A stretch of DNA of 64,000 nucleotides, from contig CAXXMU010000002.1 of the NCBI GenBank assembly GCA_963667785.2, positions 160,001 to 224,000 of the forward strand, given 5' to 3'. Both the position numbers and the translations under genes were made by a program. The notes beneath the pieces are model-generated. The model was not told the origin of the DNA and ran no database searches. It saw only the letters and a list, made by a program, of their open reading frames with translations. Shown here piece after piece: positions 19,311-31,988 of this stretch. The stretch comes from Alphaproteobacteria bacterium (GTDB taxonomy: Bacteria > Pseudomonadota > Alphaproteobacteria > UBA828). Numbering within the stretch: position 1 is the first letter of the stretch; each line of letters starts with the position of its first letter.

Positions 19311-20504
19311 GTGAACGTGAGCGGGACGGCGGATCACGCCGGGGAGCGCGACGCGGTCCTGCAGCGGGCCGAGGCCCTGCTGCCGAGCCTGCGCGAGCGG
19401 GCCGCGGCGACGGAAACGCTACGGCGCCTGCCGGCCGAGACCGAGGCCGCGTTCCACGAGAACGGGCTCTTCCGCGTGCTGCAGCCGGCCCGCGTCGGCG
19501 GCGCCGAGCTGGATTACGGAATCATGATCGATCTCGGCGCCATCGTCGCCCGCGCCTGCCCGTCCAGCTCCTGGAACCTGACCAATCTGCTCGCCCATCA
19601 CTGGATGCTCGCGCTCTTCGAGCCGGAGGTGCAGGACGAGGTCTGGGGGCCGGACCCGGACGTGCTGATCGCGGCCTCGATGATCTTCCCGGCAGGCAAG
19701 GCGCGCGCGGTCGACGGCGGCTACGTGATCTCCGGCCGCTGGCCTTTCGCCAGCGGCATCGATCCCAGCGCCTGGTGCATGCTGGGCGCGATCGTGGCCG
19801 ATACCGATCCGCCCGAGCATCGCATGTTCGTCCTGCCGCAGGCCGATTACGAGATCATCGACACCTGGCACGCGACGGCCCTGCGTGGCACCGGCAGCAA
19901 CGACGTGACGGCCGCCGACGTCTTCGTGCCCGCGCACCGCACGCTCGCGGTCGACGAGACCAAGGGGTGCCGGGGGCCCGGGCTGGCGGTCAACGACGGG
20001 CCGCTCTACCGAATCCCCGTCTTCGCGATGTTCCCCTACGTGCTGGCCGGCTGCGCCCTAGGGGCGGCGGAAGGCGCGCTCGAGGGCTATGTCGCCGCGA
20101 CCCGGAAGCGCGTCGGCTCCTACAGCGGCGTGCGCGTCGCCGAGCATGCGCCGGTCCAGATCAAGATCGCCGAGGCGGCGGTCAGGATCGAGGCGGCAGG
20201 CTCGCTCATGCGCGCGGCCTGCGACGAGGCGATGGGTTACGCGAGGGCAGGGACGGTCCCGGACTTCACGGCCAAGACGCGCTTCCGCCGCAACGGCGCC
20301 TACGCCGCCAACGAGTGTCGGCGGGCGGTCGACATCCTGTTCGAATCCGCCGGCGGTGCCGCTCTCTACGAGCGCAACCCTTTGCAGCGCTACTTCCGGG
20401 ACGTCCACGCGATCAACGCGCACATCTCGTTCAACTTCGACATCGCGGGCGCGCAATACGGCCGCGCCGTCCTCGGCTTGGAAGAGGGCGCGGGCTTGCT
20501 CTAG
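19311..20504 (+). CDS. Acyl-CoA dehydrogenase-fold flavin-dependent monooxygenase (group D, HsaA/C2-HpaH-like oxygenase component)
   Basis: LQPARVGGAE, SGRWPFASGID...W, DTWHATALRGTGSND, LQRYFRDVHAINAH; start codon uncertain (GTG 19311 or 19317). Confidence 0.85.
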   Translation: MNVSGTADHAGERDAVLQRAEALLPSLRERAAATETLRRLPAETEAAFHENGLFRVLQPARVGGAELDYGIMIDLGAIVARACPSSSWNLTNLLAHHWMLALFEPEVQDEVWGPDPDVLIAASMIFPAGKARAVDGGYVISGRWPFASGIDPSAWCMLGAIVADTDPPEHRMFVLPQADYEIIDTWHATALRGTGSNDVTAADVFVPAHRTLAVDETKGCRGPGLAVNDGPLYRIPVFAMFPYVLAGCALGAAEGALEGYVAATRKRVGSYSGVRVAEHAPVQIKIAEAAVRIEAAGSLMRAACDEAMGYARAGTVPDFTAKTRFRRNGAYAANECRRAVDILFESAGGAALYERNPLQRYFRDVHAINAHISFNFDIAGAQYGRAVLGLEEGAGLL

Positions 20505-20570
20505 ACTGGCCTGCACAGGAACTCGGGCGGCCCGCCATCCGGCGGCGGGGCGGAACAGGGGAGAGACCGG

Positions 20571-21434
20571 ATGAAACCGCCACCGTTCGACTATCACTGT
20601 CCGGAGACGCTGGACGAGGCGCTCGCGCTGCTCGCGGAGCACGGCGAGGCGGCCAAGGTGCTCGCCGGCGGCCAGAGCCTGGTGCCGATGCTCAACCTGC
20701 GGGCGGTGCACCCGGAAGTGCTGATCGACATCAACCGCCTGCCGGGCCTCGACCATGTGCGGATCGAGGACGGCGAGCTCAGGATCGGCGCGCTGGCGCG
20801 GCACCGGGCGGTGCTGGAGTCGCCTGCGGTGCGCGAGGCATCGCCCCTGATGGCCGCCGCCTATCCCTACGTCTCCCACGGGCCGATCCGCAATCGCGGC
20901 ACGCTGTGCGGCAATCTCTGTCACAACGACCCGGCCTCGGAGATGCCGGCGGTGGCGCTGGCGAGTGACGCGGAGATGATGCTGCAGAGCGCGTCGGGCG
21001 CGCGCACCGTCGGCGCGGAAGAATTCTTCACCGGCACGCTTTCCACCGCCGCCAGGGCGGACGAGCTCCTGGTCGAGGTCCGCGTGCCGCAGGCGCCGGC
21101 GGGGCAGGGCGCGGCCTTTCACGAGGTGAGCCCGCGCAAGGGCGACTTCGCCTACGTGGCGGTGGGCGCCGTAGTCTCGCTCTCGGGCGGCGCCTGCAGC
21201 GGCGCGCGGATCGTCTGCGCCGGCGTGGGCGACGGGCCGCACCGGGCGCGCGCAGCCGAGGACGCACTCGAGGGCGCGGCGCCGGGCGAAGACGCCTTCC
21301 GGCAGGCGGCAGCGGCTGCGGCCGACAGCATCGACCCCGGCGAGGACTTTCACGCGGACGCGGACTATCGGCGCGATCTGGTGCGCAGCCTGACCCGGCG
21401 CGCGCTCGCCGATGCCGCCTCCCGCTGTCACTGA
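20571..21434 (+). CDS. Mo-hydroxylase FAD subunit (CoxM-like), set 1
   Basis: MKPPPFDYH, LAGGQSLVPMLNLR, IRNRGTLCGN, DPASEMP. Confidence 0.92.
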   Translation: MKPPPFDYHCPETLDEALALLAEHGEAAKVLAGGQSLVPMLNLRAVHPEVLIDINRLPGLDHVRIEDGELRIGALARHRAVLESPAVREASPLMAAAYPYVSHGPIRNRGTLCGNLCHNDPASEMPAVALASDAEMMLQSASGARTVGAEEFFTGTLSTAARADELLVEVRVPQAPAGQGAAFHEVSPRKGDFAYVAVGAVVSLSGGACSGARIVCAGVGDGPHRARAAEDALEGAAPGEDAFRQAAAAAADSIDPGEDFHADADYRRDLVRSLTRRALADAASRCH

Positions 21435-21446
21435 AGGGAGGTGGAG

Positions 21447-21932
21447 ATGACGACACCACGCACGGTCGAGCTTGTCGTCAACGGCGAGCGTCGCGCCGCC
21501 GACGCCGAGCCGCGCACCCTGCTGAGCGACTTCCTGCGCGAAGGGCTCGGGCTCACCGGCACCCATGTCGGCTGCGAGCACGGAGTCTGCGGCGCCTGCA
21601 CCGTGATGGTCGACGGCGAGAGCGTGCGCTCCTGCCTGATGCTCGCGGTTCAGGCCGAGGGCTCTGAAGTCCGCACCATCGAGGGGCTAGGCGTCGCCGA
21701 CGACATGCACCCGCTGCAGGAGGCATTCTGGGAGAAGCACGGCCTGCAATGTGGCTTCTGTACGCCCGGCATGCTGATGACGGCGGTCGAGCTGCTGGAG
21801 AGCACGCCCGATGCCGGCATGGACGAGATCCGCGAGGCGATCTCGAGCAACCTCTGCCGCTGCACCGGCTACCAGACCATCGTCGAGGCGGTGCAGGCCG
21901 CGGCCGAACGGATGCAGGGAGAGGGGCAATGA
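21447..21932 (+). CDS. Mo-hydroxylase 2Fe-2S subunit (CoxS-like), set 1
   Basis: [33 protein letters not shown]. Confidence 0.93.
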   Translation: MTTPRTVELVVNGERRAADAEPRTLLSDFLREGLGLTGTHVGCEHGVCGACTVMVDGESVRSCLMLAVQAEGSEVRTIEGLGVADDMHPLQEAFWEKHGLQCGFCTPGMLMTAVELLESTPDAGMDEIREAISSNLCRCTGYQTIVEAVQAAAERMQGEGQ

Positions 21933-24403
21933 CCCGCGAACGCCATTACATCCCCGAATCGCGGCAACGCGAGAAGCCCAAGTCCAAGTATTTCGCCATC
22001 GGGCACAGCATGAAGCGGGTGGAGGACACCCGCCTGCTCACCGGCTCCGGCACCTATGCGGACGACGTGTCGCTGCCCAACATGGCGCATGCCGCCGTGC
22101 TGCGCAGCCCGCACGCGCATGCCCGCATCGTGAGCATCGACAAGTCGAAGGCGGAGGCGCTGCCCGGCGTGCTCTGCGTGATGACCGGCGCCGAGGCGGC
22201 GGAGGTCACGGGACCGTGCGCCGACTTCTCCAGCCCGCCGACGACGCAGCACTGCATCGCCGTCGACAAGGTGCGCCACGTGGGCGAGGCGGTGGCCGCC
22301 GTGGTGGCTGAGAGCCGCTACATCGCCGAGGACGCCTGCGAGCTGATCGAGGTTGAGTACGACCCGCTGCCGGTCGTGGTCGATCTGGAGGAGGCGGTGA
22401 CGTCCACGGGCGATGCCGTGCTCCATCCCGAGCGCGGCGATACCAACGTGGCGCTCCAGCGCACCATCACCTTCGGCACGGTGGACGAGGACTTCGCCGC
22501 CGCCGATCTGGTGATCGAGCGCAGGCTGCGCTGGCCGCGCTCCGGCGGCACGCCGATCGAGACCGTCGGCGCCACCGCGCACTACGACCGCGGCACCGGC
22601 AAGTTCACGATCCACGCCAACACGTCGATGTACAACTATGTCGGCTGGCTGATCGCGGTCTCCCTCAAGGTCGACCCGCACCGGCTCAACATCGTGCCCA
22701 CCGACGCGGGCGGCAGCTTCGGCAGCAAGCTCTTCTGCCACAAGGTCTGCACGCTCGCCGGCACGCTCGCGCGCGCCGCGGGCCGGCCGGTCAAGTATCT
22801 GGAAGACCGCATCGACAACATGACGAGCGGCGACGCCCACGGCTCCGACCGCCTCTACGACGCCCAGCTCGCGCTGAAGCGCGACGGCACGATGCTGAGC
22901 ATGCGGCTCAAGGTGATCGACGATTACGGCGCCTACTTCCAGTACGGCGTCGGCCAGCACGGCAACGCCATGGCGCAGGTGACCGGCCCCTACGGCATCA
23001 CCAGCGTCGAGGTCGATCTCACCGCCGTTCTCACCAACAAGTGCCAGCAGGGGGCCTATCGCGGCTTCGGCTCCGAGGTCGGCAACTTCGTGATCGAGCG
23101 CCTGGTCGACGCCGCCTGCGAGGAGCTCGGCCTCGATCCGGTCGAGATGCGCCGGAAGAACCTCATTCCCAAGGACGCGTTCCCCTACATCATGCCCACC
23201 GGCAACATGTACGACAGCGGCGACTACCACGCCGTGCTCGACGAGGCGCTCGGCATGATCGACCTCGAGGGCTGGCGCAAGAAGCAGGCCGAGGCGCGCA
23301 AGGAGGGCCGCTACATCGGCATCGGCATCTCCACCTGCCAGGAGCGGAGCGTCTTCAGCGCCACCGAGTTCTGGATGTGGAACCCGAACGAGACCCCCGG
23401 CTTCACGCTCTCCAGCTCGCCGGAGAGCGTCTCCGTCAACATCGACCCCACCGGCAAGGCCTTCATCACGCTGAACGCGCCCTTCTGGGGCAACAGCCCG
23501 GAGACGATGGCCGTCCAGGTTCTGGCCGAGAAGCTGGAGATGGATCCGGCGGACATCTCGGTCGGCTACGCCGATTCCGACAAGGGGTTCAACTCGTCGG
23601 GCCCCGGCGGCAGCCGCTTCACGGTGATGATCGCGGGCGCGGTCAGCGGTGCTGCCGACGTGATCCGCGAAAAGATGCTGCGGGTCGCCAGCCACATGCT
23701 GGAGGCGGACCCGAGCGATCTCGAGTTCCGCGCCGGCAAGATCGGCGTGCAGGGCGTGCCCGGCAAGGAGAAGACGCTCGCCGAGGTGGCGCTCCACGCC
23801 CACTACTTCCGGCTGGACCTGCCGGAGGACCACGACCTCACCAGCGGCATCGACGCGGCCTACGTCTACGACCATCCGGTCACGACCATGCCGTCGGAGG
23901 ACCGCTCCGACCTCGGCATCTTCTATCCCATCGTCGGCCACATGTGTCACATCCCGGTGGTCGAGGTCGATGTCGAGACCGGCAAGGTCGATTTTCTGGA
24001 CTACGTGGCGGTGCACGACTGCGGCACCATGGTCAACCCGATGACGCTGGCCGGCCACGTGCGGGGCGGCACCGTGAACGGCATCGGCAGCGCGCTCTAC
24101 GAGCACTTCCACTATGACGAGAGCGGCCAGCTCCAGAACGCGCTTTTGAGCGACTACCTGCACCCGACCCTGATGGAGACGCCGGTGGATATCCGCGTCG
24201 GCCACGTCGAGACGCCGTCGCCCTTCACCGAGTACGGCATCAAGGGCGGGGGCGAGGGCGGGCGCATGGGCGCGCCGCCGGCGATTGCCGCGGCCATCGA
24301 GGACGCGCTGAAGCCGCTCGGCGTCAAGGTGGATTCGCTGCCGCTCACGCCCAAGGTGCTGCGCGGCATGATCCGCGAAGCGGAAGCGAACGGCGGGGGC
24401 TGA
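21929..24403 (+). CDS. Mo-hydroxylase large subunit, set 1 (N-heterocycle hydroxylase-like, AYRGFG)
   Basis: [48 protein letters not shown]; ATGA overlap. Confidence 0.9.
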   Translation: MTRERHYIPESRQREKPKSKYFAIGHSMKRVEDTRLLTGSGTYADDVSLPNMAHAAVLRSPHAHARIVSIDKSKAEALPGVLCVMTGAEAAEVTGPCADFSSPPTTQHCIAVDKVRHVGEAVAAVVAESRYIAEDACELIEVEYDPLPVVVDLEEAVTSTGDAVLHPERGDTNVALQRTITFGTVDEDFAAADLVIERRLRWPRSGGTPIETVGATAHYDRGTGKFTIHANTSMYNYVGWLIAVSLKVDPHRLNIVPTDAGGSFGSKLFCHKVCTLAGTLARAAGRPVKYLEDRIDNMTSGDAHGSDRLYDAQLALKRDGTMLSMRLKVIDDYGAYFQYGVGQHGNAMAQVTGPYGITSVEVDLTAVLTNKCQQGAYRGFGSEVGNFVIERLVDAACEELGLDPVEMRRKNLIPKDAFPYIMPTGNMYDSGDYHAVLDEALGMIDLEGWRKKQAEARKEGRYIGIGISTCQERSVFSATEFWMWNPNETPGFTLSSSPESVSVNIDPTGKAFITLNAPFWGNSPETMAVQVLAEKLEMDPADISVGYADSDKGFNSSGPGGSRFTVMIAGAVSGAADVIREKMLRVASHMLEADPSDLEFRAGKIGVQGVPGKEKTLAEVALHAHYFRLDLPEDHDLTSGIDAAYVYDHPVTTMPSEDRSDLGIFYPIVGHMCHIPVVEVDVETGKVDFLDYVAVHDCGTMVNPMTLAGHVRGGTVNGIGSALYEHFHYDESGQLQNALLSDYLHPTLMETPVDIRVGHVETPSPFTEYGIKGGGEGGRMGAPPAIAAAIEDALKPLGVKVDSLPLTPKVLRGMIREAEANGGG

Positions 24404-24462
24404 AAGACGCCCAGCCGCCGGGAGGGGCGGCGCGCACGCGGGCAGAGCAGGGAGGGGGTCCC

Positions 24463-26832
24463 ATGTATGTCGGTCAGGCGATCCTGCGCCGGGAGGACGA
24501 GCGCTTCCTCCGGGGCCGCGGGCACTACGTCGAGGACATCACCCTCGACGAGCCCATCGCGCATGCCGCCTTCGTCCGCAGCCCCCATGCCCATGCCGCG
24601 GTAACGCGCATCGATACCGCGAAGGCCCAGGGGATGCCGGGCGTGCTGGCGGTGCTCACCGGCGCGGACTGGACCGCCGCCGGCTACGGCGAGGCCGAGG
24701 GCGTCTGGCCGGTCAAGGACATGAGCGGCGCCGCCGCCCGCACCGTCAACCGGCCCTTCATCTGCACCGACGGCGTCGTGCGTTGCGTCGGCGAGATCGT
24801 CGCCATGGTCGTCGCCGAGGACCGCCACCAGGCGCAGGACGCCGCCGAGGCCATCGCGGTCGATTACGAGGAGAAGCCGGCCAACACGATCACCGCCCGG
24901 GCGCTCGACCCCGACACGCCGCTGGTGCATCCCGCGCACGGCACCAACGAGGTGTTGGTCACCGAGCACGGCCTCAAGGAGGAGACCGAGGCGGCGCTGG
25001 CCAAGGCGCATCACGTTACCGAGGTCGTGGTCCCCACCAACCGCGTCACCGCCGCCTCCATCGAGCCGCGCTGCTACATGGGTCACCACGACACGGTCAA
25101 CGACCGCTACACGGTGTGGACCACCAACCAGGCGCCGCACATCGTGCGCCGCTACTTCACCAAGTCGCTGGGGATCCCCGAGCACAAGCTCCGGGTGATC
25201 GCGCCCGACGTCGGCGGCGGCTTCGGCATGAAGCTCTACCACTATCCCGAGGAGCCGCTGGTGCTGTGGGGCGCCATCGTCTCGCGCCGGCCGGTGCGCT
25301 GGGTGGGCACGCGCTCGGAGTGCCTGCTGGGGGACACGCATGCCAGGGACCACCACACGGTGGGCCGCATGGCCTTCGACGAGGACGGCAAAATCCTCGG
25401 TGTGAAGTTCGAGACCCTCGGCGCCTTCGGCGCCTACGAGAGCCAGTGGAACGCCAGCATCACCAACGCCTACCACTTCACCATGCTCTCGCTCGCCTAC
25501 GACATCCCGGCGATCCACACCACGGTGCGCGGCGTCTATACCAATGCCACGCCGGTGGACGCCTATCGCGGCGCGGGCCGGCCCGAGACCATCTATCAGG
25601 TCGAGCGCCTGATCGAGAACGGGGCCCACGAGATGGGCATCGACCCGCTGGAGCTGCGCGCCCGCAACCTGATTCCGGCGGAGAAGTTCCCCTACCAGAC
25701 CGCCATCGGCATCACCTACGATTCCGGTGACCCGCCGGCGCTCGTGGAGAAGGCCCGGGCGCTCTGCGACTACGACGCGCTCCGCGCCGAGCAGGCCGCA
25801 CTCCGGGCCGAGGGCCAGTGGATGGGCATCGGCATCGTGGCCTTCTTCGACATGGCCGGCGCCGGACCGGTCAAGATGATGAACGACCTCGGCGCCAAGA
25901 TCGGTTGCTACGACGTGGCCAGTGTGCGCGTGCATCCCGATGGCCGGATCACCGTCTTCGCCGGCAGCCACAGCCACGGCCAGGGCCACGAGACGACCTG
26001 GAGCCAGATCGCCGCCGATCGCCTCGGCTGCGACATCGACCATATCGACCTGGTCGAGGGCGATACCGACCGGGTGCCCATGGGCATCGGCACCTGGGGC
26101 TCGCGCTCGCTGTCGACCGCCGGCATGGCGGTCTACACCGCCGCTGACCGGGTGGTGGCCAAGGCCAAGCGGATGGCGGCGCACATGCTGGAATGCGCGG
26201 CCGAGGATCTGGACCTGGCCGACGGCGAGTTCACCGTCAAGGGTACGGACAGGAGACTCTCGTTCGCGGAAGTGGCGAACGCGTCCTACCACTCCGGCGA
26301 CCGCCCGGCCGATCTCGAGATCGGCCTGGAGGAGACCTCGTTCTTCGATCCGGCCGACTGCACCTATCCCTCGGCGGTGCATGTCTGCGTCGTGCTGGTC
26401 GATCCCGAGACCTGCGCCGTGACCCTCCGCGACTACTGGGCGGTGGACGACGTCGGCACCGTCATCAACCCGATGGTGCTGCACGGGCAGGTTCATGGCG
26501 GACTGGTCCAGGGTATCGGCCAGGCGCTGATGGAGGAGTGCGCCTACGACCCCGAGTCCGGCCAGTACCTCGCCGGCACCTTCATGGACTACGCCATACC
26601 CCATGCCGAGGACGTGCCGTCCTTCGGCCTCGATTCGCACTTCACCAGGGCGCTGGGCAACCCGCTGGGCGCCAAGGGTGCAGGCGAGAGCGGCACCATC
26701 GGCGCGCCCGGCTGCGTCGCCAACGGGGTGATCGATGCGCTCTGGCATCTGGGCGTGCGCCAGATCACGCAGCCGATGACGCCGAAGAAGATCTGGCGCG
26801 CCGTCGAAGACGCAAGACGGGCGCAGCAGTAG
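24463..26832 (+). CDS. Mo-hydroxylase large subunit, set 2 (CoxL form II-like, AYRGAGR)
   Basis: [49 protein letters not shown]. Confidence 0.9.
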   Translation: MYVGQAILRREDERFLRGRGHYVEDITLDEPIAHAAFVRSPHAHAAVTRIDTAKAQGMPGVLAVLTGADWTAAGYGEAEGVWPVKDMSGAAARTVNRPFICTDGVVRCVGEIVAMVVAEDRHQAQDAAEAIAVDYEEKPANTITARALDPDTPLVHPAHGTNEVLVTEHGLKEETEAALAKAHHVTEVVVPTNRVTAASIEPRCYMGHHDTVNDRYTVWTTNQAPHIVRRYFTKSLGIPEHKLRVIAPDVGGGFGMKLYHYPEEPLVLWGAIVSRRPVRWVGTRSECLLGDTHARDHHTVGRMAFDEDGKILGVKFETLGAFGAYESQWNASITNAYHFTMLSLAYDIPAIHTTVRGVYTNATPVDAYRGAGRPETIYQVERLIENGAHEMGIDPLELRARNLIPAEKFPYQTAIGITYDSGDPPALVEKARALCDYDALRAEQAALRAEGQWMGIGIVAFFDMAGAGPVKMMNDLGAKIGCYDVASVRVHPDGRITVFAGSHSHGQGHETTWSQIAADRLGCDIDHIDLVEGDTDRVPMGIGTWGSRSLSTAGMAVYTAADRVVAKAKRMAAHMLECAAEDLDLADGEFTVKGTDRRLSFAEVANASYHSGDRPADLEIGLEETSFFDPADCTYPSAVHVCVVLVDPETCAVTLRDYWAVDDVGTVINPMVLHGQVHGGLVQGIGQALMEECAYDPESGQYLAGTFMDYAIPHAEDVPSFGLDSHFTRALGNPLGAKGAGESGTIGAPGCVANGVIDALWHLGVRQITQPMTPKKIWRAVEDARRAQQ

Positions 26833-26869
26833 CGCCCGCGGCAACCGGAACGATCGCGGGAGAAAGGCG

Positions 26870-27343
<474 letters not shown>

Positions 27344-27356
27344 GGGGGAGGGGCCG

Positions 27357-28157
27357 ATGTATCCGTTCACCTACCACCGCCCGGCCTCGCTCGACGATGC
27401 CGAGGCGCGCCTCGCCGCGAGCGAGGACGGCCGGCCGCTCGCCGGCGGCATGAGCCTGATCCCGACGATGCGCTTTCGCCTCGCCTCGTGCTCGGACCTC
27501 GTCGACCTCAACGGCATCGACGGGCTGGCCGGGATCGAGCGGCACGAGGGCGGCATCCGGATCGGCGCGATGACGCGGCACGCGGCCGTCGAGGCCTCGG
27601 CGGAGGTGCAGGGCGCGATCCCCGCGCTTGCGACGCTCGCCGGCTCCATCGGCGACGTGCAGGTGCGCAACCGCGGCACCATCGGCGGCTCGATCTGCTT
27701 CGCCGACCCGGCGGCGGACTACCCGGCGGGCATCCTCGGCCTAGGCGCCTCGGTCAACACCGACCGGCGCTCGATCGCCGCGGACGGCTTCTTCACCGGG
27801 CTCTACGAGACCGCGCTGGACGACGGCGAGCTCGTGGTCTCGGTCGATTTCCCGGTGCCCGAGCGGGCGGGCTGGGCCAAGTTCGGCAACCAGGCCTCGC
27901 GCTTCGCCGTGGTCGCGGTGATGGTCTCGCTTGCCGGCGGCGCGGTGCGCCTCGCCGTCACCGGCGCGAAGTCCCACGTCTTCCGCGTGCCGGAGATGGA
28001 GGCGGCGCTTGCCGCCGATTTCTCGGCCGAGGCGCTGGAGGGCATCGCGGTCGCGAGCGAGGGGCTCAACGAGGACCTTCACGCCGACGCAGCTTACCGC
28101 GCGCACCTGATCGGCGTCATGGCGAAGCGCGCGGTCCGCGCCGCCCTCGGGCAATGA
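27357..28157 (+). CDS. Mo-hydroxylase FAD subunit (CoxM-like), set 2
   Basis: MYPFTYHRP, LAGGMSLIP, VRNRGTIGGS, DPAADYP, ASRFAVV. Confidence 0.92.
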   Translation: MYPFTYHRPASLDDAEARLAASEDGRPLAGGMSLIPTMRFRLASCSDLVDLNGIDGLAGIERHEGGIRIGAMTRHAAVEASAEVQGAIPALATLAGSIGDVQVRNRGTIGGSICFADPAADYPAGILGLGASVNTDRRSIAADGFFTGLYETALDDGELVVSVDFPVPERAGWAKFGNQASRFAVVAVMVSLAGGAVRLAVTGAKSHVFRVPEMEAALAADFSAEALEGIAVASEGLNEDLHADAAYRAHLIGVMAKRAVRAALGQ

Positions 28158-29011
28158 AGCCGCCGCGCTTCCGCTACCTGCGCGCGGAGAGTGTCGACGG
28201 CGCGCTCCAGGCGCTCGCCGACAACCCCGATGCCCGTCCGCTTGCGGGCGGCCAGAGCCTGATCGCCATGATGAACCTCAGGCTGGTCAGGCCGGCCTGC
28301 CTCGTTGACATCAACCGGGTCGCGGGCCTTGCCTACGTGAGGGAGGATGGCGACGGTGTCGCCATCGGCGCGCTGGCGCGGCACAACGACGTCAAGCACT
28401 CGGACCTCGTCCGCGCGCGCTGCCCGCTGCTGACCGAGGCCTACGAGTCCATCGCGCACCACACCGTGCGGAACCGCGGCACTCTCGGCGGCAATCTCTG
28501 TCACGCCGATCCCTCGTCGGAGACGCCGGCGGTCATAGTCGCGATCGGCGCCACGCTGGTGCTCCAGAGCGTGGGCGGGCGCCGCGAGGTCGCGGCGGAG
28601 GACTTCTTCCACGGGCCCTACGAGACCGCGGCGCGGCAGGACGAACTGCTGGTCGAGATACGCCTTCCCGGCCGCGGCGCCGACGGCTGGGCCTTCGCCG
28701 AGGTCAGCAACCGCCACGGCGACTTCGCCATCGCCGTCGTCGCGACCACGCTGCGGCTCGCGGACGGGCGATGCGAGGCGGCGCGCGTGGTGGCGAGCGC
28801 GGTCGGCGAACACGCGGCCCGGCTCAGGCCGGCGGAAGACGCGCTGGCGGATGGCGCAATCGACAATGCTGCCATCGAGCGCGCGGCGGAAGCGGCGGCG
28901 GGCGCGATCGACCCGCACAGCGACAGCCACGCGGACACGGCCTACCGGCGGGACGCGGTCGCCGCGCTCACCCGGCGCACGCTGCGCTGCGCCGCCGAGC
29001 GCTGCGGCTGA
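28154..29011 (+). CDS. Mo-hydroxylase FAD subunit (CoxM-like), set 3
   Basis: ATGA overlap; MKPPRFRY, LAGGQSLIAMMNLR, VRNRGTLGGN, RHGDFAI. Confidence 0.9.
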   Translation: MKPPRFRYLRAESVDGALQALADNPDARPLAGGQSLIAMMNLRLVRPACLVDINRVAGLAYVREDGDGVAIGALARHNDVKHSDLVRARCPLLTEAYESIAHHTVRNRGTLGGNLCHADPSSETPAVIVAIGATLVLQSVGGRREVAAEDFFHGPYETAARQDELLVEIRLPGRGADGWAFAEVSNRHGDFAIAVVATTLRLADGRCEAARVVASAVGEHAARLRPAEDALADGAIDNAAIERAAEAAAGAIDPHSDSHADTAYRRDAVAALTRRTLRCAAERCG

Positions 29012-29022
29012 GGGAGGGGGCG

Positions 29023-29505
29023 ATGGAGCGCGAGACGATCAGCGTGACCGTCAACGGCAGGGCCTACGAGCGCGTGGTCGAGCCGCGCCGGCTGCTCAGC
29101 GACTTCCTGCGCGACGACCTGCGCCTCACCGGCACCCATGTCGGCTGCGAGCACGGGGTCTGCGGCGCCTGCACCGTGATGATGGACGGCGTCACAGCCC
29201 GCTCCTGCCTCACCTTCGCGGTGATGGCGGACGGCGCCGAGATCGAGACCATCGAGGGCCTCGGTTCGGTCGACGCCATGCACCCGGTGCAGCGGGCCTT
29301 CTGGGAGAAGCACGGGCTCCAGTGCGGCTTCTGCACGCCGGGGATACTGATGACCGCCGTCGAGCTTCTGGAACGGAACCCCGACCCCTCCGTGGACGAC
29401 ATCCGCGACGCCATATCCGGAAACCTCTGCCGCTGCACCGGCTATCAGACCATCGTCGACTCGATCCGGCACGCGGCACGCCTGATGCGGGAGGACGGCG
29501 CATGA
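29023..29505 (+). CDS. Mo-hydroxylase 2Fe-2S subunit (CoxS-like), set 3
   Basis: GGAGG RBS; [33 protein letters not shown]. Confidence 0.93.
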   Translation: MERETISVTVNGRAYERVVEPRRLLSDFLRDDLRLTGTHVGCEHGVCGACTVMMDGVTARSCLTFAVMADGAEIETIEGLGSVDAMHPVQRAFWEKHGLQCGFCTPGILMTAVELLERNPDPSVDDIRDAISGNLCRCTGYQTIVDSIRHAARLMREDGA

Positions 29506-31964
29506 GCGAGCGCGGCCACATCCCCGAGAGCCGGCAGCGCGAGAAGCCGCGCGCCGATCTGAAGTGGATCGGCAGGAGCATGAAGCGGGTGGAGGACCCG
29601 CGCCTCCTCGTCGGCAAGGGGCTCTACACGGACGACGTGAACCTGCCGGAGATGGCCCATGCGGCGGTGCTGCGCAGCCCCCACGCGCATGCCAGGATCG
29701 TCTCCATCGACGTGAGCAAGGCGGCGGCGCTGCCTGGCGTGCTCTGCGTGATGACCGGCGCCGATGCGGCGGCGGTCTGCGACCCGCTCCCCACCTGGGC
29801 GAGCCCGCCGGTGCTCCAGCCGGCCATCGCCCACGAGCGGGTGCGCCACGTCGGCGAGGCGGTGGCGGCGGTGGCCGCGGAGGACCGCTACATCGCCGAG
29901 GACGCCTGCGAGCTGATCGAGGTGGAGTACGCGCCGCTGCCGCCCGTGGTCGATCCCGAGGAGGCGCTGGCGTCCACGGGCGATGCCGTCCTGCACCCGG
30001 ACCGGGGCGACACCAACATAGCCCTCGAGCGCAAACTCACCTTCGGGCCGGTGGAGGAGGACTTCGCCGCCGCCGACCTGGTCATCGAGCGCCGCTTCCG
30101 CTGGCCGCGCTCCGGCGGCCAGCCGCTGGAAACGGTGGGCGCGGTGGCGAGCTACGACGAGGGCTCGGGTCGCTTCACCATCCAGTGCAACACCTCAATG
30201 TACAACTATTGCGGCTGGATGATCGCCGACACGCTCCGCGTGGCTCCCCACAAGCTCAACATCGTGCCGACGCTCGCCGGCGGCAGCTTCGGCAGCAAGA
30301 TGTTCGTCCACAAGGTGCCGATCATCGCCGCGGCGCTCGCGCGCGCGGCCGGCCAGCCGGTCAAGTTCATGGAGGACCGGATCGACAACACCACGAGCTG
30401 CGACAATCACGCCTCGGACCGCGTCTACTACGCGAAGCTCGCGCTCAAGCGCGACGGCACGCTGCTCAGCCTCAAGACCCGGATCATCGACGATTACGGC
30501 GCATACTTTCAGTTCGGCGTCGGCCAGCACGGCAACGCGCTCTCGCAATGCGTCGGCCCCTATCGCATCAACAGCGTCGAGGTCGACCTCGCCGCCGTGC
30601 TCACCAACAAGTGTCAGCAGGGCGCCTATCGCGGCTTCGGCTCCGAGGTCGCGAACTTCGTGATCGAGCGCCTGGTGGATGCCGCCGCCGGCGAGCTCGG
30701 CATGGACCGCATCGCGCTCCGGAGGCAGAACTTCATCCAGCCGGACCAGTTCCCCTATCTGATCCCGACCGGGAACATGTACGACAGCGGCAACTACCAG
30801 GCGGTTCTCGACGAGACGCTGAAGCTCGCCGACATCGAGCACTGGCGGGCGAAGCAGGCGGAGGCCCGGGCGGAGGGGCGCCATATCGGCATCGGCGTCG
30901 CCACCTGCCAGGAGCGGAGCGTCTTCAGCGCCACCGAGTTCTGGATGTGGAACCTGGAGCCCGGCGTCGAGTGGACCAGTTCGCCGGACGGGGTCTCGGT
31001 CAAGATCGACCCGACCGGCAAGGCCTTCGTCACGCTGCATTCGCCCTTCTGGGGCAACAGCCCGGAGACCGTGGCCGCCCAGGTGCTGGCCGAGCAGCTC
31101 ACCATCGACCCGGCGGATATCGAGATCACCTATTCGGACACCGACCAGGGCCTCAACTCGACCGGGCCGGGCGGCAGCCGCTTCACGGTGATGGTCACCG
31201 GCGCCATCGTCGGCGCCGCCGGCAAGATCCGCGAGAAGCTGCTGCGCATCGCCGCCCATCTGATGGAGGCCGACGTGCGCGACCTCGCGCTCGAGGACGG
31301 CGCGGTGCACGTCAAGGGCGTGCCCGACATGAAGATGAGCATCGCCGAGCTCGCCGACAAGGCGCACTACTACCGGCTCAGCATGCCCGACGATCTCGAT
31401 CTCACCAGCGGGCTCGACGCGACCTACGTCTACGACCATCCGGTGACGACCCTGCCGGACGCCGACGAGCGGCACATGGGAATCTTCTATCCGATCATGG
31501 GCCACAGCTGCCACATCCCCGTGGTCGAGGTCGATATCGAGACCGGGCAGGTGCACTTCCTCCACTACGCCGCCGTCCACGACTGCGGCACCATGGTGAA
31601 CCCCATGACGCTCGAGGGGCACATCAGGGGCGGCACGGTGAACGGCATCGGCACCGCGCTCTTCGAGGAGTTCCGCTACGACGAGGCCGGCCAGCTCACG
31701 ACCGCGCTCTGGACCGACTACCTGATCCCCACCATCAAGGAATCGCCGGCGGATATCGTCGTCGGCCATGTCGAGACGCCGTCTCCCTTCACCGAGTACG
31801 GCGTCAAGGGCGGCGGCGAGGGCGGGCGCATGGGCGGCCCGCCGGCGATCGCGGCCGCCATCGAGGATGCGCTGAAGCCTCTCGGCGTTACCATCGACAG
31901 CCTGCCGCTGCCGCCGAGCCGGCTGCGCGCCCTCATCCGCGAGGCCCAGGCGAAGCAGGCCTGA
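29502..31964 (+). CDS. Mo-hydroxylase large subunit, set 3 (close paralog of 21929-24403)
   Basis: [12 protein letters not shown]-terminus, [40 protein letters not shown] shared with set 1. Confidence 0.9.
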   Translation: MSERGHIPESRQREKPRADLKWIGRSMKRVEDPRLLVGKGLYTDDVNLPEMAHAAVLRSPHAHARIVSIDVSKAAALPGVLCVMTGADAAAVCDPLPTWASPPVLQPAIAHERVRHVGEAVAAVAAEDRYIAEDACELIEVEYAPLPPVVDPEEALASTGDAVLHPDRGDTNIALERKLTFGPVEEDFAAADLVIERRFRWPRSGGQPLETVGAVASYDEGSGRFTIQCNTSMYNYCGWMIADTLRVAPHKLNIVPTLAGGSFGSKMFVHKVPIIAAALARAAGQPVKFMEDRIDNTTSCDNHASDRVYYAKLALKRDGTLLSLKTRIIDDYGAYFQFGVGQHGNALSQCVGPYRINSVEVDLAAVLTNKCQQGAYRGFGSEVANFVIERLVDAAAGELGMDRIALRRQNFIQPDQFPYLIPTGNMYDSGNYQAVLDETLKLADIEHWRAKQAEARAEGRHIGIGVATCQERSVFSATEFWMWNLEPGVEWTSSPDGVSVKIDPTGKAFVTLHSPFWGNSPETVAAQVLAEQLTIDPADIEITYSDTDQGLNSTGPGGSRFTVMVTGAIVGAAGKIREKLLRIAAHLMEADVRDLALEDGAVHVKGVPDMKMSIAELADKAHYYRLSMPDDLDLTSGLDATYVYDHPVTTLPDADERHMGIFYPIMGHSCHIPVVEVDIETGQVHFLHYAAVHDCGTMVNPMTLEGHIRGGTVNGIGTALFEEFRYDEAGQLTTALWTDYLIPTIKESPADIVVGHVETPSPFTEYGVKGGGEGGRMGGPPAIAAAIEDALKPLGVTIDSLPLPPSRLRALIREAQAKQA

Positions 31965-31988
31965 GCGTCTCGCACTGCGCCTGCACCT